DNA from: Octopus vulgaris
Taxonomy: Eukaryota
NCBI GenBank assembly: GCA_951406725.2
Contig: OX597819.1
Location: 32,426,001 to 32,490,000, forward strand
Length of the DNA stretch: 64,000 nt
Reading direction: 5' to 3'
Shown: positions 40,646 through 55,254 of the stretch, piece after piece
Layout of the letters: each line of letters opens with the position of its first letter
How positions within the stretch are numbered: position 1 is the first letter of the stretch
Notes under the pieces: model-generated
Databases searched by the model: none
What the model was told of the DNA's origin: nothing
What the model saw: the letters and a program-made list of their open reading frames with translations, nothing else
Position numbers and translations under genes: made by a program

Positions 40646-41640
40646 AATATGTTTGTGTGTGCATTTGTATTTGTGTACTTGTACGTGCGTGTATGTATGT
40701 ATGTATATGCATGTGTGCGTGTGTGTGAGTGTGTGTGTGTACAAGGCGTCACGTTCTACACTCTTATAGTTCCGCCATTCCGCTTGGGGTAGTGCATTGG
40801 TAGAACTGTAAGTATGTTCAAACGGATGCCTTCCAAATTTCTGACAATTTGCATTCTGAGTTAAACATCTGCTCTGGCCTACACAGGAATTAGAATTAAT
40901 CATTCGCCCTTTTTAACACTACTCACTAGCACCTTGGATGCTGTGAACAGAATACTCTCCGTACAAAAAAAAACTAGATCCTAGTCTCTAATTTGTGGAT
41001 ACCTTCCCTCCTCCCTCTCATGTCTCTCATCAATCTCAGAGGTCTTGTAAAAGACAATTGGCACTACATTCCCTCTTGACTAAAAAGTAAAAAATAAAGA
41101 AAGAACACTCAATGAATGATACGATCGACTAGTTTCGGTTTTCGGTAAAGCTCTGCCATGTTTCACTTAGTTTCTCCTAGCTGCTGAAGGAAAGTTTTAA
41201 CTACTTTTGGAAAATATTATCGAGTTCAGAAGGAATCTAATCACATTTTTATTTATAGCAGTGTAAAGTTGACTGCGTATATTAATTGAAGCAGCGATAC
41301 AACGAACATGAGATTAAATTTACAAACCAATAATTACAGCCGTATATTTCATAACCAGATATTTAGTCGCTCGGAGAAAATAGGTGCCAAAGTTTAAACT
41401 ATAGGGTTACCGGAAAACAGGTTATAACTTTGGATGCAGTAAATTCCTTTTCGTTAAAACCTCGTCAAGATTAGTTAACTTGTTTGTAGCAGCTGAAAGA
41501 ATGAACGATGTGTCAATCTTCAGAATTAATTAACTGATTAATGTATTGTGTATACGTGAATGTATGTATGTGTGTGTGTATGTTTGCGTATTTGTGTCTG
41601 CAAGTGGGTGAATGTATTTCTGTATTTGTATGCGTGTATC

Positions 41641-41716
<76 letters not shown>

Positions 41717-41881
41717 TGGAAGAAGAGCAATGCAGCATGCTTGAAGCATTGTGCAAAGACGGAGAGCTTCTTACAATGCGGAGAAAGGAATAAATTTAAT
41801 AACCTTATATATTTCAGGCACAAAATTCCATAATCACAAGTATACAATCAAAGAATTATCGGTCTATTCAGATATCGGCCA

Positions 41882-42252
41882 TGCGCATGCGCATCTACCC
41901 ACTCGACATATAATCCTTTATAAAATGGAAAGCAATTTTTCTTTATTTCTTTTTTTGCGCAGTCTGTCGTCATTCTCCGACATCACTACGTACCGCATCA
42001 CCATTAACAACATGGCGCCAGAATTTACGCCATGTTTGGTTGATTCATTGAAGGCTTCGGTATTCGCTTTAGTATCTTAGAACTTCCGAAGCTAAGAAAC
42101 CGATACGATTATATCAAAGATTATTAAGTAATATATAAAATGCTTAGAAAAAAAAAACTTACGTTTTTCCTCTTTTCAAATGTTGCTATCACCCAGCAAA
42201 TTTAGGAAATAGGTAAAAATCCAAAATCAAAGCGTTTCAAACACACTTCCGG
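41882..42252. promoter_or_regulatory. Candidate housekeeping-type promoter
   Basis: Perfect NRF1 palindrome TGCGCATGCGCA (41882), inverted YY1-like pair AACATGGCG/CGCCATGTT (42009, 42028), ETS ACTTCCG(G) (42082, 42245) and local CpG enrichment. Confidence 0.45.
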
Positions 42253-42674
42253 GTCACTATAGCTCTTCTGGATTGCTACACACACTGGATTGCATACTAA
42301 CCACACTTCATATAACTATCATCCCATTCTATCTCTCATCCTGAACAAAATTCCTATTCTCACACCAGTTAACATTTAGATTTTATTCCTAATACTTTAT
42401 TCAGAATAATATACAGTGTAAGGTCGCTGTATAGAAACTCCGTCCAGGAGCTCTGTTCGTTAACCAAATTCTTCTTTACATGAGTAATTGAAATAAGTAA
42501 CCTGTTCCAAGCGACACTAGATTCCACGTAAATTTTTGAAATGATATTCTGTTTCTACACCCATCGACAGAATATACCTAAGTATATATACATTGTGTGT
42601 GTGTATATGTGTATATGTGTATGTGTATGTGTGCATGATCTTTCCTTTTAGCAAAAAATATGAAATATATATAA

Positions 42675-42885
42675 GGCGGCGAACAGGTAAATTTGTTTGC
42701 ACGTCTGATATTTGACTGCATTTCATCCGCCTTTACATTCTGAGTTCAAATTCCACCGAGGTTAACTTTGCCTTTCTTCCTTTCGGGGTCGATAAAGTAA
42801 GTACCAGTCAAATACTAGAATCGATATAATCGATTTCCTCCTCCATTCAAAAAAACAGGTGGCCCTGCGCCAAAATTTGAAACCG
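42675..42885 (+). mobile_element. SINE family B
   Basis: Family core and tail. Confidence 0.8.
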
Positions 42886-44662
42886 TTATATTTATAATAT
42901 GCACGCTTCATGAAACGTAAACATGGATGACAACGGACAGTTTGTACAAAGTTTCCCATCTATTTATATGCGCCGTCTTCTCGTGGCTTGTTCAAATTTC
43001 AGTTCGCTTGCTGAATGAGATCCCAGCGTGCGTAATTTGCTCGTAGGTCGTTGATCAGCCCGTTATGCAAATGTATTTTTTTTAAAGAAAATAAAATTGC
43101 AATTCAGTTTAGAGAACGATACGTAAATGCGTAAACCATTGTATCCTGGGACCTATTCTGAATTGTAGTAAATTCTAAATGAGTTAAAAAAAAAAACGCC
43201 GTTCAATATCACTTAAGGTTACACGATAAACTAAATGCAGTATTAAAACATTGCAACATTGATTGTTTCTGCATTCACTCTTGTATAGTAAAATAGCAAC
43301 ACAATTTCATTGAAATTTTCGAGGCTATATTAGTTATTAGTGCAAAATAGATTAAATGTACTGATCACCATATGCAGAGAAAATGGTGCTTTTGTTTTCG
43401 TTCGTTAAACATTTTTGGTTAATTCAGGGTTAAACATTTCATCCGAATACATAACGGAATGGAATTGGACGTGAATACCAATTGTCGCCCTATTTATAGA
43501 TATATTTAATTACAGCACTACTTTGTTCTGTTTTACCACGTTATTACATTTTTTTAATATTTTCGAGTTCTTAATTAATTTCTTTGTTGTTATTCTGAAG
43601 ACAAAACGTTCTCCCTGCTTCACTCTCTCGACATGTCACGGTCACGTGACTCTATCATCAAAATATTATCACAATAGAATGTTGGAAGCTTTGTTTATGT
43701 ACATATTTTTTTGTAGTTGTATTATCTATTCTGTGTGCCAGTGTGGTTCTGCTCCTGCTGCTATTGCTGCTAGAATCAATTCATTGAAAAGTGTTAATGT
43801 TTTCTCCATCTATTATATGTATGTGTTGATATTTGGGGTTTACAGAAGTATTAGTGTAATGTCCGTGTCAGACATTATGCTTAGGAGGATGCATATAATG
43901 GTAGGTGTGCATGTTAAAATATGCGGGTGTACATAATGGCGGTGATACATGCTTCAGTAGAATGATCTACGTAATGGTGGAGCGTGTTTCAGGAATTTCT
44001 ATTTTCAGAGTCGAAGCATTTTCTGTTAAGTAATATAATAAAATGTCTCCTTTTGGGAACGCATAAGTTGGTCGATGAGGAAATTCAGTGCAGATGGCAC
44101 CATCTGGTTCTTATGAAGTTTATAACGTTCCAGTTAATATTGAAAGAGATATATCACATGAATCAATTGTATTTCATTTTATTTCTATGTCTGATGCATT
44201 GATCAAAAGTGAATTGGCGGAACGGTTAGAGTTTAGGACAAATCAATTTAGAGTATTTGTTCCGGATCCCTGCACTGTCTGTTCAAATTCCTCCGAGGTC
44301 ATCTTCGACTTCTATGTTTTCGGACACTATACTATAAAATTCCAGTCCAAAGCGGTCGATTGGATGAATTTACTAAGAATACCGGACGAGATAACTTGCG
44401 GCGTTTTTCTTTTGAATTTTTGGATGAAAAGATTTAATCTATCATTTGGGTTAATACTACCTTCAAGTAAATCCGTTTTGCTGCAAGTATTCAGCCCAGA
44501 TCTCCGGTTTGAGGACAGCTTCGTTCCTTTCTCCGACCTCTTTCGAACACCCTGTTTAATTACCATTGACGCAGGCGTGGTTGTGTGGTAACTTCAAAAA
44601 TACAAGTACTGGGTTCGACCCACCGTTTTTTTCAAGACATAATGTATCCAATACTAAACTTA

Positions 44663-44726
<64 letters not shown>

Positions 44727-45309
44727 TATTACTATAGGTACAAGGCCTGAAATTTTGGAAAAGGGAGATTACCGATTTCATCACTCCAATGAACAACTAG
44801 TACTTTTTTCATAGATCCCGAAAGGATGAAATAAGCGCCAGCTAAACAGAATAAGACCATTACCAGTGCAATGGTCTTACCCACTCCCCGAGATTATTGG
44901 CCTTGTGTCAAAATTTGAAACCGTCAGAATCATTATTGTGCCGGACAAAATACTTAATTGTCTTTCGCCTGAATTTACGTTCTGAATTCAAATCCCACCA
45001 AGGTCGACCTAGTAGAAGCGGGGAACTCTCTAGGTGCAATCCCATGGTCAGTCATGATCGAAGAGGATCTTTTTCCCCTTACTCTTTTTATTAATATTCC
45101 TAAGTTAGCCCTGATGTAGCAAACCTACAATCAAAGGCGTTCCGAACTTGCCCATCCCGCTTTTTGTGTATCCAAAGCCACAGTCCTCCCTTTTATTAAA
45201 ACGGGAGGATGCGAACTGAAAGAAATCTGGCTGCTATTTCAGGGTGTTCCAGTGCTCGCATAGAGGCTTCCTCATTCGCCGCCTAAGTAATTAACGGTTG
45301 CTTGCATAA

Positions 45310-45530
45310 TAATCCTTTCTACTGTAATAAACACAAAGCCTGAAATTTTGATGAGGTTGGGCTAATTGATTACATTGGCTCCAGTTCTCAACTAGTATTT
45401 ATATCATTGACCCCGAAAGGATAAAAAGTAAAGTCGATCTCAGCGGAATTTGAACTCAGAGCGTAAAGCCGGGACAAATTCTGCGAAGCAGTTTTCCCCT
45501 CGTGCTAACGATTCTGCCAGCTTATCGCGT
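45310..45530 (-). mobile_element. SINE family B
   Basis: Reverse complement of the family core (ggaatttgaactcaga). Confidence 0.8.
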
Positions 45531-45699
45531 TTTCCTAGCAGACTAATGATTTCTTATATTGCTACATAATTAAAAATCGTAGGTGAAAACAATTTTGTGC
45601 ACGCATACCTGCTAATTAAATTATACTGACAGCAATTAATTTTAACAAATGGTTTAATTAATCTATAGCAGGAACACGGATAGCAGAAAAAGACATCAA

Positions 45700-46310
45700 G
45701 TTAAATAGCAAGTTAGTATCCACTGAAATAGGCTAACACTATCAGTTCAAATAGTAACCAATATCAAGTGAATTAAGTCACTAGCTGGTTAAATAGGGAA
45801 TCAATATTGGGCCAAATAGGAAGTAAATCGCAGCACATCAAATAGGAAGTCACTTACAAGCCAAATACGAATTGGTATCATGTTAAATGAGCCACCAACT
45901 GGTCAAATAGGGAATCACAATCAGGCCAAATAGGAACCACTATCAGGTCAAATAAGGAGTCACTCTCCGGCCAAATAAAAACTCGCTATCAGGCCTGATA
46001 ACAAATACTGTCAGCTTAGATAAGGAGTTACTATCGGGTCAAATAGGGAATCACTCTCAGGTCAAATAGGAACCAATATCAGGTTGCATAAGTCACTATG
46101 CGGTCAAACAGAGTTAATCTCAGGTCAAATAGGAAACACTAACTGTCAAATAGGAAACATTAACAGGTAAAATAAGGAATCACTATCGGCCAAATAGGAA
46201 TTTACTACCAGGACAAATAGTGAGTTACTGTCAAATCAAAGAGGAACCATTTTGAAGCCTAATTAGGATCCTCTGTTGGTCACTACTAAATGAAATAGGA
46301 AGTCATTATC
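45700..46310. repeat. Degenerate 21-23-bp minisatellite, consensus ~CAAATAGGAATCACTATCAGGT
   Basis: More than 20 recognisable units, with recurrent ggtcaaatagg / gccaaatagg. Confidence 0.85.
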
Positions 46311-46772
46311 TATGCAGATGGGGAGGCACTATCAAGCTAATGCGAGTGGCATTATCAAGTCTTCCACGTAAGCTAGTGAATCACTATGAACCAGCTTTGA
46401 TGTATCTGCGAACTCAAAAGTAGCCTCTACATCAGTCACGGACTACCTTTTTCGAGAAGCAGGCCGTACGAGATATGGTTCATCATTAGCCGGGGCTCAC
46501 AATTCAAAAAAAGAAAACAAAAGAAAAAAAGAAAAAAGAATTCCAGGTAATATTTCATTGACGAGCCATTCAGAAAATAACGCGGGTCGTAGTTTGTCCA
46601 TTTCCTCTCTACATGGTCGCTACTAAATCTTCAAATTACTCTCTACTGTTTTAGAGAGTACTAATGGTTATGGACGGAATGATTTTGGGCATGTATTTGT
46701 TCGATCAGGCTTGACCTGGTGCTAGACAATAATTACAACGCAGGGATATATCTAAAATTTATAAAAACTATA

Positions 46773-46970
46773 GGTGCAGATGTGACTCTGTGGTAAGGTG
46801 CTTGCTTCTCAACCACATGGTTCCTGGTTCAGTCCCCTGTTTGGTACCTTGGGGAAGTGTCTTCCGCTATAGCCTCGGACCGACCAAGATTCGTGAGTGG
46901 ATTTGGTAGACGGAAACTAAAAGAAGCCCATCGATTCAGAACCGGTGTTGGTGTGTTTATGTCCCCGTAA
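46773..46970 (+). mobile_element. SINE family A, 5' part
   Basis: Matches 11334-11570. Confidence 0.8.
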
Positions 46971-47987
46971 GAAAAGATAAAAGCTGATAGATTAAGTAAT
47001 ATAAATGTTAGAAACATATGAAGAGGTAATGAGATGTGAGCTTTACTGGTACCAGTATCAATTCTACGAGATGTGTCAGTGACAATTGTACCACATCAAC
47101 AGAGTGAGCATGCGCGATCGTGCATGTGTGCGTGTGATCCTAGTATGCTTATCAAAGTAGTGAGTACGACACTGTTACCATATCAACGATGTGTGTGTAA
47201 CACCAACACCATAGCAACGAGACGTGTATGAATCTTGTAGGATAGCCACTAAGTACACGTGATACAGGTTGCATAACAACGATGCTTGGTATTGCTGGCA
47301 TGTCAACTATATGTAGAACGTATCTGTATGTATAAAAGGCAAGACGTGTGTATGTGTTCGCGTGTGTGTGTGTACGTGAATGTAATTTATGCACGTCCAC
47401 AAATTAGCACGCATGTCGCTCCAATTTTAGGAGGACATTCGTCATGATCCTAGCTGTATTTTCGTCAACTTATTTTTCCCAGAGGCACCAGCGAATAGCA
47501 GTAAAAATAAATTTTCAACCAAAACACAGAAAATGAGCAGTTGTTTATAAAGGTAATGGTTTAAAAGAGGCATGGCACAGAATACTACAAGCACGAGGGT
47601 AGATGAAAGTTAACTGCAGAACTTAATTGGTAGGCAGCTGATTTAAGAATCTTTACTTGATCAATTAGCCCCCGACCAGTTTTCTCTTATATTGAGTAAG
47701 TCACAAATTTAAATTATAAATACATTAGTTAACGTTTTCTAAGATGAATGTGAGCGTGCAAAATGGTCACTGATATGGAACAGAAATATTGTACTGAGCA
47801 AAGTCTCAATATACTGGAGAGCGAATCAATTGATGTGAGGGAACGGGGTAAGAAGCAGGAGCAAGCAAAAAATTCGGGTAGGATGTGATAGATGAACAAA
47901 AACACACTCTTGCCGAAAATACTGTGCAGATATTTTGTCCGATGTGCTAACGATATCTCCAGCTCACCGCCCTTTCTTGTGCAGATG

Positions 47988-48490
47988 CCGTAAATCCTCG
48001 AGTATAATCCGCATTTTTTCCCCCAAAATTTAAAGGTCAAAATCCCCAGTGCGTACTACATACGAGGTTAAAAATAAAAATAATTTTCTAAGCAATGTCC
48101 GAGTATCGATTTGCTCTCCGGCAATGTTTATTTTGTGATGTCGGGCGTGAAAATACCTTAAGCTAAGCCTGAAAGCAATGAAGTCATAAAAGAATCAACC
48201 ATAACTTGCAGTAAGCAACATTTATTAAACGTTATTAATGTCATTTCTTTATTTTCTGAAAACAAAATGCACAAAAAAGCTACACGTTTGCATTATGTTA
48301 TATATACAATAATAATAAAGGACATTACCGTATTCATTTTTACAAACGAAGGACGTTATATAGACCTCCTTGACTCAAGTCAGAGAAGGGGTGCGTATTA
48401 TACACAAGGTTTAGGTTTTTCAGAGGTACAGCCCCCTAAAAATCCCCTACGTATTATACTCAAGGGCGGACTATACTCGAGGATTTACAG
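47988..48490. mobile_element. Complete pogo/Tigger-like MITE (~500 bp)
   Basis: TIRs ccgtaaatcctcgagtataatccgc / gcggactatactcgaggatttacag, TG/TA flanks and subterminal TIR echoes. Confidence 0.85.
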
Positions 48491-48640
48491 TACTGCGATC
48501 ATGTGTAAAAGATGAAGGCGTTCGAGTTGGCTGTACGTTGTGATTTGAAAGAGAATTGAGGATTATTTATTGAAAAAGAAGGAACCATAACAACTTTCAT
48601 CACTGACTCTCCTTATCTTGGCATTATTATGACGAAGTTA

Positions 48641-49303
48641 AGGCGGCCGGGTGGCAGAATCGTTAGCACGCCAGATAAAATGCTTAGCGGCAGTTCGTCC
48701 ATCTTCAGGTTCTGAGTTCAAACCCCACCGAGGTCGACTTTGCCTTTCATAATTTCAAAGTCAATAAACTAAGCACCAGTGGAACACTGGGATTGATGTA
48801 ATCGACTAGTCCCCTCCCCGCAAATTTCAGGCCTTGTTCCTTTAGTTTAAAGGATTATTACGATGAAATTAAGGCAGCGCGGTGGTAGACTCGTTAGCAC
48901 AGCAGATAAAATACTTTGTAGCATTTCGTCTGTCTTCATACCCTCAGTTCAAATCCCGCCGAGATCGACTTCGCCTACATCCTTTCGGGGTAGATAAAAT
49001 GAGTACCAGTTGAGTCCTGGGGTCGATGTAATCGACTTACCCCTCTCCCGAAATTGCTGGCCCTGTGCCAAAATTTGGAATCATTCCTACGATGAAATTA
49101 AAGCGGCTAGCTAGTTGGCAAAATTGTTAGCTTGATGGGCAAAATGTTTTACGGCATTCCGGCCGTCTTACCGAGGTCGACCTCACATTTTTATCCGTTC
49201 GGTGTCTATCAAATAAGTATCAGTCAAGCAATAGGGTCGATGTAATCGACGACCAATAACCTCTTCCAAGTTTCATACCTTCCTTCTATAGGAGAAAAGA
49301 TTA
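48641..49303 (+). mobile_element. Three tandem SINE-B units
   Basis: Units are separated by the repeated spacer att(a/c)(t/c)ta(c/t)ga(t/c)gaa(a/g)ttaa. Confidence 0.85.
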
Positions 49304-49686
49304 TTACAATGAACTTTTATGCTTTATTTCTAGGAAAATTTCGATAATAGCTGCAAATGTTCTTAGCCAACACCAATGGCGTCCGATACTCACAAGTTTC
49401 CATTTAACTACTCCAAATAACAGAACCCTTCCATGTATCATGTATGAAACGCCGTATATATGCTGTCGCAGTATTGATGAAATCTCGATAATTTTCAAAA
49501 TATCCTAAGAAAATGGTAATGTGCTCTAAGAGAGTTTGGAAAAAAATTTCGATATTAAGGTTTCAGTTTAGAAAGATAAAATAGGTAATACGTGAATACA
49601 CACACACACACACATATATAGTTGAAATTTATAGGAAAAGAAAGACGAAGACAGGTGTATATATATATAAATATATATATACACAC

Positions 49687-49776
<90 letters not shown>

Positions 49777-50677
49777 TATTAATTTATATATACACATGTT
49801 TGCGTGTGCGTATACGTATATAGGTATATATGTAATCTATGCATTGCATGATTGCATACATACACACATACACACATATATGAATATACATAATAGCTAT
49901 ATGTATATTATATATATATATATACGTTCCCTCATATACATGTTTGTGCGAGTGTATGTGTGTGTGTATGTGTGTATGTGTGCATGCGTGTGTGTATGTA
50001 TATATTTATGTACTTACACACACACACACACACACATATATAAATATGTATATATGTAGACATAAACATGATAACCTCAATGCGCGCGTTTTTGCATGAG
50101 TGTGCGCTAGCGATCGATGTGTGTTCGTATCTGTCCGTGAGTATGCGTGTGTGCGTGTGTGTATGTGTGCATGTGTGTGTGTGTGTGTATATGTGATGTG
50201 TGCTCATGCTTATCTATCTCGAAGTACAACTCCTCAAGCCTCCACCGCTCCACCACTCTATTTCGAGTAAAGGAAGCCCACAAACCTGAACACCAATCAA
50301 CCATATATTTATCATGTTAATTTATACCTGTTCTGTCTATTTATACATACACACAGGGACACGCACGCACACATACACACAAACACGCACACAGACACAA
50401 ATACACACACTCAAAAATTCATACATTTATACATTCACATTTACATATATGCAATACATATATTTACATATTCTTTCATTTCTGTAGTCATTTACAAAAT
50501 TATTGAGATATTTAATTTTCTACCTATTTATTCATATGAATATATATATCTGGTCGCGTGCACGCGCACACGCATACCTATATATGCGTGTATATATATT
50601 AATATATAATCATATATATTAATTTACATACATGAACATTTATATGCCTACATATATATATATGCATATACTTATAG

Positions 50678-50724
<47 letters not shown>

Positions 50725-50820
50725 TATATGTGTATACGTTATATATACGTGTGTGTGTGTATATATATTCACACACATAATATATATGTATATACATTCG
50801 TATAGATGTATATATATATA

Positions 50821-50891
<71 letters not shown>

Positions 50892-51399
50892 CTTATGCAA
50901 ATATGATGTACATACATATACACATACATGTATGTATGTATGTACGTACGTACGTACATAGTTACACCTATACTATGTTGGTATATTTGCATATGTATTT
51001 ATATATTTATATATTCAATATTTTGTATATTTATTTGATCGTTAAAATGCGAAATTATTATAGATAATTGTCAGTTATCATTAACTCGAAATCATTTAGT
51101 CTGTTACTGCAATTCCTCCTCCTCCCCCTCCTCCTCCGCCTCCTCATCGTCGTCAACAACAAGAACAACAACAACAGCAACAACAACCATGAAATCATTG
51201 TCAACAAGAGAAAAAGCAAAACAGAACCAGGTCTTCTATCACAAGCAACGTTTTATTACTAAAATAACACCGCCAACAAAAACCTTCTAAAACAATTAAT
51301 CAAAGAAAATACAAACAAAACTTACAAAACGACGCCTTTTGTGATAAATATGGCGGCGTGTCACACGTTCATTATAGTATCTTAACTTTACTTCTTTTT

Positions 51400-51606
51400 G
51401 TCCTTTCTTTCTTTCTCGCTTTCTTTCTTCCTTTCTTTTTTCTTTCTTCCTTTCTTTTTTCTTTCTTTCTTCCTTTCTTTTTCCTTTCTTTCTTCTTTCT
51501 TTCTTTCTTTCTTCCTTTCTTTTTCTTTCTTTCTTTCTTCCTTTCTTTTTCCTTTTTTCTTTCCTTTCCTTCTTTCTTTCTTCCTTTCTTTTTCGTTTTT
51601 TCTTTC

Positions 51607-51649
<43 letters not shown>

Positions 51650-51656
51650 TTTTATT

Positions 51657-51700
<44 letters not shown>

Positions 51701-51766
51701 TCCTTCCTTCCTTCCTTCCTTCCTTTCTTTCTTCCTTCCTTCCTTTCTTCCTTCCTTTCTTTCTTC

Positions 51767-51799
<33 letters not shown>

Positions 51800-51811
51800 T
51801 TTCTTCCTTTC

Positions 51812-51846
<35 letters not shown>

Positions 51847-52007
51847 TTTCATCTTTCTTTCTTTCTTTCTTTCTTTCTTCTTTCTTTCTTTCTTTCTGCT
51901 ATTGCTGTTATTGCTACTGCTATTGATACTGTCACGACTACTACAACGACGACGACGACCACCTCTACAACAACTACCACCACCACTGTTACTACTACTA
52001 CTATTAC

Positions 52008-52042
<35 letters not shown>

Positions 52043-52269
52043 TCGTCACTACTCCTACCACGACTACAAATATTGATAACACCGTCACCACCATGAGCAC
52101 CATCATGACAACCGCACCACCATCACAACCATCATCATCACCGCGACTACCACTACTTATAGTGCTACCGTTGATAACACAACCGTCACCACCACGATCA
52201 CAACTGTCACCCCCCCCCACGTCTACTACTACTACTACTACTACTACTACCACTACTACTACTACCACC

Positions 52270-52304
<35 letters not shown>

Positions 52305-52347
52305 AACAACTACTACTACTACCATCACCACCACCACCACCACCACC

Positions 52348-52403
<56 letters not shown>

Positions 52404-52760
52404 GATTACCAATGTCTTTTAGCTGTTGCTATGCTTGTCGACGTTCCGGTTCTTTCTGTCAGGTGTTTTGTTATTGTTGCTTTAATCGCTGCTACTGCTG
52501 TTGTTGTTGTTGTTGTTGTTGTTCTTATTCTTATTGTTGTTGCTCTTGTTCTTGCTGCTGTTGCCGTTGTTACAGTTGACGTCGACGTCGTTGTTTGTTG
52601 CTATTGTTATTGTTGTTGGTTGTTGTTCCTCTTGTGTAATTGTAATATGGTCGCCATGTTTCCGTTCTGTCGTCATTGATTTCATTGTTGTTGTCGCTTT
52701 TGTTATCGTTGTTGTTGTTGTTGTTGTTGATAATGATGGTGTTGTTTCTCTTGTTGAAGT
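51400..52760. repeat. (TTTC)n, (ACT/ACC)n and (GTT)n low-complexity block
   Basis: Directly visible. It explains the 354-aa ORF. Confidence 0.95.
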
Positions 52761-53154
52761 GACATTCTTTTTATTTATTGTTGCAGGCCGTCATCGCCCA
52801 CATTGACATCGTTGATATAGTTGTTCTTTTCTCTTCATGATATTTTCTGCTCTGTTAATGAATACATTGTTGCTACTTCTGTTGTAGTTGGTTCTGTGTT
52901 GTGGTCGTTGTTGTTGTTGTTGTTGTTGTACTTCCCACTAACCTCCGTGCCTCCCCAACTGATAAACAAATTTGTTATTAGCTTTTCGAAGGATAACGTT
53001 CGAACATAACTTCCTCTTCCGTTGTAGCTGCTCTGGTGACCCATTAACTCCAGACATGTATGTATGTATGTATGTATGTAGGTAGGTAGGTAGGTAGGTA
53101 TGTATATATATATGTATGTATATAAGTATATATGTATATATGTATATATATATG

Positions 53155-53233
<79 letters not shown>

Positions 53234-53444
53234 TAATAAATAAAATAAAACATATGCATATATATAAACATATATGTACGTACCTACCTCTACATGTACA
53301 TATACACGCATATATGAGTACAGGACACCAAAAGGCCGTCGAACACAATGAGAAACGAAAACATAGACACAAACCAAAGGAACTGGACATTTTTTAAAAA
53401 ACAGCAAAAAAATAGAGTACAGGACAATTAACACAAAGAAAAAA

Positions 53445-53488
<44 letters not shown>

Positions 53489-54301
53489 TATATATACACA
53501 CACATGTACATGCATACATATATATGTATATATACATGCATATATTGGTACAGGACGTCAAAAAACCGTGAACAGAATGAGAAACGAGAACACAAATAAC
53601 AAAAGCATGGAAAACGAATTTTTTTCCAACAACGAAAGAAACAAATAGAGAAACGAGACAGGCAACATAAAGAACATTCCCTTCATCCGTTGTCCCCTGT
53701 TTTATCTACTACAAGGTGCGATGGTAGAGACAAGACGCCACTTCGTTAAAACAGTCCTTCTCGCAAAGAAAATTAAATAAAATTTGGGATTTTTTGCAGA
53801 GGGTTAAATTGGTAACAAAAGCAGGACAGTGAGAACAAAACAATAAGAACAAACGGTGAGGGTTGTTAAGCCAATACTAGATGAAGTGGTGTACGCTGGT
53901 AAAACGAGCTTTGAGAAAAGACAGGCAAAAGCACGTCTTATATTTAGGAAGGAAGTGGAAGAAAGAAAGAAAGATAGATAGTCGTTGGTCACGTAAGAGC
54001 AACGAGAGAGTCAAGAAGGAAGAGTGAGAAAGAGAGAGAGAGAGAGGGGGAACAGCGAGGGGGAGAGGAGAAGAATTAGAGAAAGGGTGGAAGAGAAAAA
54101 CAGAAAAGAAGAAGAACAAGAGAGGGAGGTAGAATAGAGATAGGTTGTAGAATGTGCATCAGAATTATTAAGATAAAACTTACTTGGAAATAGATGCGTG
54201 GCGTTCGATCATATATTAATATAAATAACATATATGTCAAACTAATATACCTGCTTGTTGTTCATACACCTGTCTTCGTCTTTTGTATTTCTATAAATTT
54301 C

Positions 54302-54334
<33 letters not shown>

Positions 54335-54337
<3 letters not shown>

Positions 54338-54735
54338 CAGTTAAGATTCGGGTGAATTGGGTACTTAAATTGAGGCACCTTGTTAGGACTGAGTAACATG
54401 CATATTCAGATAGTTTAGATAACTGGGTCACTTATGTCAATTATCTTCTCCCCTCACAATAAACTCTAAGAATCCCTAAATTCTTCTTTGATCAAATATA
54501 CACTATTCTGATAAATCCATTCTGGCAACTGAATTGGAGCTGGATCAATGTAAATGTTTTTCCTTCATGAATTTGTTAACCATGTTAAATAAGTTGAATT
54601 GTCCTTTATTTCGGAAGATCATGAATTTATCTGTCGAAACCGGTTTCTTTACAATGATGTAATGTTCTTATTAATCATTTAAAGGAGTCGTTGGAAACGG
54701 CCGTAATGAATTGACACCTGTATCTCTTTGTTACT
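54335..54735 (+). mobile_element. Possible Penelope-like pLTR fragment with two heavily decayed HHR-like motifs
   Basis: CGGAAGAT...GAAACCGGTT (54612-54645) and TCAT...GAAACGGCCGT-A-ATGA (54675-54709). TA-flanked. Confidence 0.35.
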
Positions 54736-55254
54736 TATATATGTGCGCTTCGGGGTCGATAAATTAAGTACCAGTTACGCACTGGGGTCGATGTAATCGA
54801 CTTAATCCCTTTGTCTGTCCTTGTTTGTCCCCTCTGTGTTTAGCCCCTTGCGGGCAATAAAGAGATATGTATGTGCGCGTGTGAGTGTACATACATACAT
54901 ACACATACAAACACACACACACACATACATACATGCACACACACATACAATCACACACATACGTACATACATACATGCATACATATATACATATATGCAT
55001 GCATACATGCATACATACATGCATGCATCTATGTCATTATTCAGTTGTATTTCAAGATTTCTTTCCAATATAGAAAGAACCGGTTTCTAACCTAGATCCA
55101 AGACACCTTCATTGGAATTTCAACATCAACAAAGTACTTTTTTATGTATGTATGTATGTATGCATGTATGTATATATGTATGCATGTATGTGCCTGTACG
55201 TATGTATTATGTATGTGTGTGTGCGTGCGCGTGTGTGCTTGTATCTGTGATCTT

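Noticed and set aside
44088-44591. 167-aa ORF
   Set aside because: Runs through a decayed SINE-B (44213-44365) and has no domain similarity.
45700-46310. CRISPR-like periodicity (also 60832-60990)
   Set aside because: The intervening segments are homologous to each other, the context is eukaryotic and there are no cas genes.
51358-52422. 354-aa mucin- or membrane-like ORF
   Set aside because: Translation of (TTTC)n and (ACT)n microsatellites.
53315-54120. TA-flanked purine-rich repeats resembling PLE ends
   Set aside because: Two related starts (gtacaggac...atgagaaacg) are visible, but no HHR or protein remnant could be built, so they are left unclassified.
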